Source of the DNA: an uncultured Acidimicrobiales bacterium
Lineage (GTDB): Bacteria > Actinomycetota > Acidimicrobiia > Acidimicrobiales > UBA10347
Reading direction: 5' to 3'
Assembly (NCBI GenBank): GCA_937991435.1
Contig: CALKPY010000005.1
Coordinates: 45,854 to 109,853 of the forward strand
Length of the DNA stretch: 64,000 nucleotides
Shown: one piece after another, positions 58,357 to 64,000 of the stretch
How positions within the stretch are numbered: position 1 is the stretch's first letter
Layout of the letters: the number at the start of each line of letters is the position of its first letter
Translations under genes and position numbers: made by a program
The notes under the pieces: generated by a model
The model's input: the letters and a program-made list of their open reading frames with translations, nothing else
Database searches by the model: none
Told to the model about the DNA's origin: nothing

Positions 58357-59577
58357 CTAGTTTGAGACCTTGGCTGCCGGACCGGAGCGGCTGAAGCCTG
58401 TCTTGATATCAAGCGGCAACGCCGGTGCACTCGCACTGCCGAACACGACGCCGCATGCACCTGCTGGAAGCTGTGAGGGGTACGGGTGCGGTTCGCGGGT
58501 TGATCCGAGCGTGAACACGGCCGCCTGTGCGCTGCAGCGAATGAAGTCGCGTGCGTTGTACACGCTGGTCATGCCATTGACGATGTAGGCGACACCATCG
58601 CTCGCTGCGCAGGTGCCAAACGAATGGATCGCGAACTGCGCGTGCCTCGCTGGACGGTGAAATGGTGAATCCATGAGATATGGACCGCCGCTGTCACCGC
58701 GACAAAATGCTGGTTGTTGACTTGCGTTGTGGTCTGGCTGCCACATGCAAAGATCGGTGTCAGCGAACTGCGCGGTGATAACGGTGCACGGCACTACAGC
58801 GGTTCCGATGCCCTCTTGCAGGGTGTCAGCATTTGGATTCGCAGGGGTGTTGCAGTCGGTGCCAACATCCATGCAACCCCAGCCGATCAGCGTCGGCACG
58901 ATGTTCAATTCATCGAGGTTCGGAAGCGAAATGCCAATCAACGGCACCGGCGAGATCGAGGTCACTGGCGCAGCCAAGGTGAGAACAGCAACGTCGCTTC
59001 CCCATGACGCTCCCAGTTCGCCGGCTGGATCCCAGTCAGCGGGCACCGAGTAGTCGATGATCTGAATGACCTGGCCAATGGCGACATTGCTGAGTGTGGT
59101 GCGCCCCACCATTGCCTCGAACTCGACCTGTGTTTCCCATTCGCCGAGACCGTGATCGTTGCCGGCCGCATCGCTGCCGGCAGGGTCGAAGGTTCGGTTG
59201 CGCCACACACAATGAGCAGCTGAAAGGAGCTTGTCAGGGGCGACCAAGGTCGCAGCGCAGTTGTGCGCTCCTGGGTTGGTGGCGGGTAGCCACACTGACC
59301 AGTCCTGGGTGCCCGGGGCGCGTACCCGATACTGGGTCACTGCCATCGACACCATGAACGGGTATTCGCCTTCGTCTGCGTCGGTGCCGTAGACGATCTG
59401 TTGTGGCTCGTTGACATCACCGTCGAGGATCTGCTCCTCGGGCGCGACCCCACGCTCGTTCTGTTGCGCGGCGGCGGTCACGGTCGAGCCGGCCAGCCCG
59501 GCCAGGGCGACTAATGCGAAGAGCGGCAGCATGCGCAACAGCGATAACCGGCTTGGTCGAGATGATTGTTCGATCAC
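58357..59577 (-). CDS. secreted trypsin-like (S1 family) serine protease
   Basis: LSAAHCV (His), CRGDSGGP (Ser), and a signal-like LLRMLPLFALVALAGLAGS. The start is uncertain (GTG 59577, ATG 59532 or ATG 59637). The track start 59862 overlaps the upstream gene. Confidence 0.75.
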   Translation of the reverse strand: MIEQSSRPSRLSLLRMLPLFALVALAGLAGSTVTAAAQQNERGVAPEEQILDGDVNEPQQIVYGTDADEGEYPFMVSMAVTQYRVRAPGTQDWSVWLPATNPGAHNCAATLVAPDKLLSAAHCVWRNRTFDPAGSDAAGNDHGLGEWETQVEFEAMVGRTTLSNVAIGQVIQIIDYSVPADWDPAGELGASWGSDVAVLTLAAPVTSISPVPLIGISLPNLDELNIVPTLIGWGCMDVGTDCNTPANPNADTLQEGIGTAVVPCTVITAQFADTDLCMWQPDHNASQQPAFCRGDSGGPYLMDSPFHRPARHAQFAIHSFGTCAASDGVAYIVNGMTSVYNARDFIRCSAQAAVFTLGSTREPHPYPSQLPAGACGVVFGSASAPALPLDIKTGFSRSGPAAKVSN

Positions 59578-59687
59578 GTGGGATCCTTGTCTAGAGTTCG
59601 ACTCGTACGCAATGACACACACCGCGGACAGCGGCATTGTCAACCCGATACAGAAGAACTTCGGAATTACCCCATTTTCGATGCCGT

Positions 59688-61043
59688 CTACGTTTCGCTC
59701 ATCATTCGTTCGATGATGGCGTCGATGTCTTGTTCGGTCGTGCGGGGATTCACAAAGCAGAAGCGGTAGCACGCTTCGCCGAGGTGGCGCGATGGCACGA
59801 CAAATGCGCTTCCTTCGCGCATCACGCACTCGCTCCAGGTTCGGTACTGCTCGTCGTTCCAACCCTTGCGGGCGAATACCACGATTGACAGAACCGGATC
59901 AACCAGGAGTTCTAGATGGTCTGCAGCTTCGATCTGTCGCGCTGCATACCGGCTCAGATCCATCGTGACATCAATCGCATCTGCGTAGGCCTTGGTGCCG
60001 TGAACCGCGAGCGAGAACCAGAACGGAAGGCCGCGTGCACGGCGGGTTAGATGCACCGCGAAGTCGCTCGGGTTCCAGTCTCCCCATTCATCGAGCCATG
60101 TGAGGTAGTCGGCGTGCTGAGCATGCGCGTCACGGGCAGCATCCGGATTGCGGTACAGCAACGCGCAGCAGTCAAACGGCGCGAACAGCCACTTGTGCGG
60201 ATCAACGATAAAGCTGTCGGCATGTTCGATGCCATCGAAAAGCGGGCGAGTCTTGGGTGACGCGAGTGCTGCTCCCCCATAGGCGCCGTCGACGTGCATC
60301 CAGACGTCATGTTCCCGACAGGCCGCGGAGATACCAACGAGGTCATCGATCACACCCAAATTGGTGGTGCCCGAGGTGGCGACAACGGCTGCAACACGAT
60401 GGCCGTGTTCCTGCAGAACTTCGGCCACAGCGTCGCCCGTGAGCTTGAAACTTGAATCGGTGTCGACCGCGATGACGTCAGCGTCCATGACCCGCGCCAT
60501 CGCCGCTACAGACGAGTGCGACTGCGCCGACGTCACAAAAGCCCAGCGTTGCGGAACACCGCTGTGTTTCTTTGCTGCCGAGTCTCGGGCGGCAACCATG
60601 GCAGACAGGTTGCCCATCGTTCCGCCTGGCACGAATACTCCACCTGCTTGTGCAGGGAGCCCGGCGAGGTCAGCGACCCATCGAAGCGCCTGGTTCTCTG
60701 CGAACACTGCGCCGGCCCCTTCAATCCACGAACCGCCATAGATCGAGCTCGCTCCGACGACAAGGTCAAACAGCACCGAGGCTTCGGTTGGCGCGGCAGG
60801 AACAAACGACAAATACCGGGTGTAGTCGACCGACAACGAGGCTGGGTCAAGAACGTCGGTGAATAGCCGCATCGCTTCAACCCCGCCGATGCCTTCTTCG
60901 GTAATTGTTTCGCCGCAATCGGCGTAAAGCTCTTCTCGAGTTCGAGGTGCACCAAGAGGTACGGGGTCGAGTTGGGTGCGACGTCGAGCAAAGCCAAGGA
61001 CCGAATCTTCGATCGCGTCAAGTTCGCGTGAGTGTTCGTGCAT
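59688..61043 (-). CDS. group II pyridoxal-dependent amino acid decarboxylase
   Basis: 451 aa. Motifs GGTMGNLSA, SAQSHSSV, HVDGAYGG and DPHKWLFAPFDCC (PLP lysine). Substrate cannot be assigned by eye. Confidence 0.85.
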   Translation of the reverse strand: MHEHSRELDAIEDSVLGFARRRTQLDPVPLGAPRTREELYADCGETITEEGIGGVEAMRLFTDVLDPASLSVDYTRYLSFVPAAPTEASVLFDLVVGASSIYGGSWIEGAGAVFAENQALRWVADLAGLPAQAGGVFVPGGTMGNLSAMVAARDSAAKKHSGVPQRWAFVTSAQSHSSVAAMARVMDADVIAVDTDSSFKLTGDAVAEVLQEHGHRVAAVVATSGTTNLGVIDDLVGISAACREHDVWMHVDGAYGGAALASPKTRPLFDGIEHADSFIVDPHKWLFAPFDCCALLYRNPDAARDAHAQHADYLTWLDEWGDWNPSDFAVHLTRRARGLPFWFSLAVHGTKAYADAIDVTMDLSRYAARQIEAADHLELLVDPVLSIVVFARKGWNDEQYRTWSECVMREGSAFVVPSRHLGEACYRFCFVNPRTTEQDIDAIIERMMSET

Positions 61044-62170
61044 CAGTCCAGTCCTGCTATCTCCGTAAAGCGGTTGTCAAGTGCCTGCTCATCTGCGCTT
61101 GAGTCGAGACCTGCCCAAGTAACCAGCCGACGACGGGTGTCGTCGTCGGGGAACAACAAGGGATTCTCGGCGAGTTCGGCCAGATCGGGACTGCCCTGCG
61201 CTAGTAGTTCTCGAACGCCGAGCACAGGACTGATGTATTGCACCCACGCAGTGTTCACAGCAGCAATTTCGGGGTCGTAAAACGCATTCATCCATTGTGC
61301 CGCGGCATACACATTGGATGCCCCGGTAGGGATCATCATCGTGTCGAACCATTGCACCGCTCCTTCGTCGGGAATGATGAACTTGATGTCAGGGCGCCGA
61401 CGCTGTAGTTGAACAACATCGCCTGACCATGCCATCGAGGCAGCTACGGTGCCAGCTTCGAGCAGGTCGGCGAAATCGTTGAAAACCCAGCTGTGAAATT
61501 GACCGGCGGCTTCCGCGTCGGCCAATCGATCAAGCGCCGCTGACGCAGCTGCCACTGTTGGCCGGGCCGGGTCGTCGCCCGCGGCCAACATCGTCAGCCC
61601 TACGGCCTCGCGCATCTCGCCAATCATCGAAACTCGGCCCGCAAGGTCTGGGGCGAACAGCTCTTCAATCGAAGCCAGCTCGCGACCAACGGCTTCTGGG
61701 TCATAGGCAATGCCGGTGATGCCGGACTGCCATGGCATGTGGAAGCGAGCGCCGCGGTCCCACTGACTCGTCAGAAAGGCAGGGTCGATGTTGACATGAT
61801 TCGGGATGAGCTCAAGCGGTAAGCGCTGCGCATAGCCGTCTTGAATCAGCTGGGCTGCCAACCAATTGGTCGGCACAATGATGTCCCAACCTGGCGCTGT
61901 CGCACCTTCGAGGTCGGCGATGACAAGATCGAGGCCGGTGTAGTTGTCTTCCCATAGATCGTCATATTCGATTCGCGACGTCAGCCGGGCACCGACCTCG
62001 TCGAGGAGCGCCGAGTCGATGTAGTCAGGCCAGTTCAGCACACGTAACGGACCTGTTGAGCTGGCCACAACAGCTCGCTGATCGGTGGGTGTGACGCATC
62101 CGGCAACAGCGAGTCCTGTCGTGGCAGCCAGTCCGCCCATGAAGGCGCGGCGGCTGATCCGACGGGTCAT
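61043..62170 (-). CDS. PotD/PotF-like (spermidine/putrescine-type) periplasmic substrate-binding lipoprotein with Tat-type signal
   Basis: SRRAFMGGLAATTGLAVAGC (twin-Arg plus lipobox). Also VLNWPDYI, WQSGITGIAYD and IPDEGAVQWFDTMMIP. The stop overlaps the decarboxylase ATG by 1 nt. Confidence 0.8.
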   Translation of the reverse strand: MTRRISRRAFMGGLAATTGLAVAGCVTPTDQRAVVASSTGPLRVLNWPDYIDSALLDEVGARLTSRIEYDDLWEDNYTGLDLVIADLEGATAPGWDIIVPTNWLAAQLIQDGYAQRLPLELIPNHVNIDPAFLTSQWDRGARFHMPWQSGITGIAYDPEAVGRELASIEELFAPDLAGRVSMIGEMREAVGLTMLAAGDDPARPTVAAASAALDRLADAEAAGQFHSWVFNDFADLLEAGTVAASMAWSGDVVQLQRRRPDIKFIIPDEGAVQWFDTMMIPTGASNVYAAAQWMNAFYDPEIAAVNTAWVQYISPVLGVRELLAQGSPDLAELAENPLLFPDDDTRRRLVTWAGLDSSADEQALDNRFTEIAGLD

Positions 62171-63462
62171 CGATACTCCCTAATTCTCAACGAAAATCCG
62201 AGCCAGGCAAGACCTGCGGCGATTACCGCTGCGGCGACAATCGACAAACGCAACCATCGCAACGCATCTGCGGCGTCGCCCACCGAGGCAACAAACTGCT
62301 CACGATTGTCAAGCAACGCAGCTTCAACCGCAGTGTTGAAGCCGTTGAAGGTAGACGCCACGGGTCCTCGTGCCAGATCTATCGCTCTGTCGCTGTCTCC
62401 AGAAGCACGCGCCTGTTGAAGTGAGCTTGATGACTCAAGGTGGCGCTTCCATCGGGTCAACACTGCGCTCGAAGCTGCACGCTCGCCAGGAGAATCGGAT
62501 AATCGGATCGCGTCGAACAGCAGGCCCGCCTCGGTCGCTTGCGCTCCGTTGGCTAGGTCCGTGATGCGACCGTCACTGAGTTCGCCAGCGCTCAGAGCCG
62601 CACCGGCATCAACGGCACTGGTCGACGGCGCGTCGGTCAGCAATCCGCTTTGAAACTCATAGGCCGCCTGTTGAACCTGGTCGCTCGTCGCGATCGAGGC
62701 ATACGCGTCAGATTGCGCTACGTCGAGCGCTTCTTGCTGCGCGCTGTAGCGCAGGGTGACGAACGCGATCAACCCGATCAAGACCAAAGCACTCAGCGCC
62801 AAGGGGACATTCAGTAGCCGCCGGAACCGTTTCGACAACCACATGTGCCCGATGAGAACTGTTATCGCTGCGCAGAGCAGAGCAACAATGCCGTAGACAA
62901 ACCACGACGAGGCGACCTCTTCGTCGAACCGGCTTTGAGCTCTTGCGGTCACCACCGCCATCTGCGGAAGCACCTCATTCGATACCAGTCCCGACGCGGA
63001 ATCAATCACCGCTGCAGCATCTGCGGAACCAGTGATACTGGCTGCGCGAGCCTGTTCGATCTGGCCTGAATACCTCGCCAGAGCGGTCAACGTCTGAGCA
63101 ACGGCATTATGGGATTCGTCGTCGTCACCGAGCACGCGAGCGATGCGTTCGAGACCAAGACCTGCTCGCTCGAGCGCTTGTTCATACACACGTCGTTGCG
63201 CCGGATCACCGTCGGGCCCAGCGAGATGCACTGCCCGAGCCGATACGTCTGCCTCAGCAACGCTCGCATTGGTCTGCTGTGTGAGAATGAGGACCTCACC
63301 AGTGCTCTCAGCGACGCGATCTGTGTCACGAACGAGCTGATCCGAAGCAAACCAAGCCCCGAAACCGGCAATGGCAATGATCGCAATCGTCACAAGGGCA
63401 ACAACTCGGACCCGGTCCGGGGTCGAAAAAGATCGCCCCGGCGTGTTCGTCAGCTGTGCCAT
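62167..63462 (-). CDS. hypothetical 4-TM membrane protein with two helical extracytoplasmic modules
   Basis: 431 aa from ATG 63462. Layout is TM, about 190-aa Ala/Glu/Gln-rich helical region, two TMs, about 170-aa helical region, then a C-terminal TM. ATGA overlap with the PotD-like gene. Confidence 0.6.
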   Translation of the reverse strand: MAQLTNTPGRSFSTPDRVRVVALVTIAIIAIAGFGAWFASDQLVRDTDRVAESTGEVLILTQQTNASVAEADVSARAVHLAGPDGDPAQRRVYEQALERAGLGLERIARVLGDDDESHNAVAQTLTALARYSGQIEQARAASITGSADAAAVIDSASGLVSNEVLPQMAVVTARAQSRFDEEVASSWFVYGIVALLCAAITVLIGHMWLSKRFRRLLNVPLALSALVLIGLIAFVTLRYSAQQEALDVAQSDAYASIATSDQVQQAAYEFQSGLLTDAPSTSAVDAGAALSAGELSDGRITDLANGAQATEAGLLFDAIRLSDSPGERAASSAVLTRWKRHLESSSSLQQARASGDSDRAIDLARGPVASTFNGFNTAVEAALLDNREQFVASVGDAADALRWLRLSIVAAAVIAAGLAWLGFSLRIREYR

Positions 63463-63520
63463 GACACCAGTATGGCGTGCGGCTGGTTCAGGGTCTCGGG
63501 CTGGCTCATAGAATCGTGAG

Positions 63521-64000
63521 ATGCAGACGCGCGAGATAGACCTGCGCCTACAGCAGTACACGGCCGCCGAGCACCGGATCGCTGCAAACCTGCATGAGCT
63601 CGACTCGCACTCGGTGTATCAACTGCTTACCAATGACGACTTGGTCGGTCAGACCGCGACCCAACTCAATCCGGCGTTGAACGCTGATCCATCGCTATGG
63701 CAGATGTATCACCTGCTCGAATCGACGTTGGCCGAAGCGAGACGAGTGCGTGCCGACGGCCGGATCACCACCGCCGACCGGGAACACCTGGCTCAGCTTC
63801 TGGGCGGTTCAAGCGTTGCGCTTTCGTCTGATCCGATCGGATTCGCGAATCGCGACCTCACGTCGGCGGCAACTACCGAACGTCGCGTGTCGATCGACGC
63901 TCTCATCAACCTCATGCGCAGCGTGTACGAGCCTCTCCGAGACGGCGTCGCTCAGGCCGACCAAGTGATTCGCAGGGTGCTTCCTCGGCTCAATGCGGTC
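63521..64000 (+). CDS. hypothetical protein, N-terminal fragment (runs off the window)
   Basis: Open frame from ATG 63521 to the window end (160 codons, MQTREIDLRLQQYTAAEHRIAANLHELD…). It is absent from the track because no stop lies in the window. Helical or coiled-coil-like. Confidence 0.4.
   Translation, partial: MQTREIDLRLQQYTAAEHRIAANLHELDSHSVYQLLTNDDLVGQTATQLNPALNADPSLWQMYHLLESTLAEARRVRADGRITTADREHLAQLLGGSSVALSSDPIGFANRDLTSAATTERRVSIDALINLMRSVYEPLRDGVAQADQVIRRVLPRLNAV

Overview
This is a GC-rich, densely coded chromosomal segment with about 54 protein-coding genes and short intergenic gaps. I recognised no rRNA, tRNA, CRISPR array, transposase or integrase. The gene content is PdtaS-like kinase, mycoredoxin-like glutaredoxin, PPOX-class flavoprotein, Rpf-type transglycosylase, PAC2, DUF2510, group II truncated haemoglobin and a Hanks kinase. 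This points to an Actinomycetota genome, possibly an Acidimicrobiia-like lineage, but that is inference only. Housekeeping genes I am confident of are aroA, moaA, moaC, hemH/cpfC, purH, sucC, sucD, udk and hrpB.

Four things stand out:
- **Candidate selenoprotein (51552-52031).** A PRX_like2/AhpC-TSA peroxiredoxin has an in-frame TGA exactly at the first Cys of the CxxC motif (U-P-N-C). A hairpin that could be a bacterial SECIS lies 19 nt downstream. The ORF track misses it and shows only a truncated 102-aa ORF.
- **GT-C-like membrane protein cluster (26161-35004).** About 9 kb encodes three very large polytopic membrane proteins, including a YYY/DUF2298 (TIGR03662-type) protein and a TIGR03663-type DE/HGP protein. 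This partnership has no known function and is described mainly from Chloroflexi and Archaea. A 22-bp tandem array precedes the cluster.
- **Tightly coupled operon without a transporter (59688-63462).** It encodes a 4-TM membrane protein with two helical ectodomains, an orphan Tat-lipoprotein PotD-like binding protein and a group II PLP decarboxylase. No ABC permease or ATPase is present.
- **Smaller items.** These include unusual domain fusions, tightly coupled gene pairs and small tandem repeats.

All calls come from reading the translations and DNA by eye. No searches were run.
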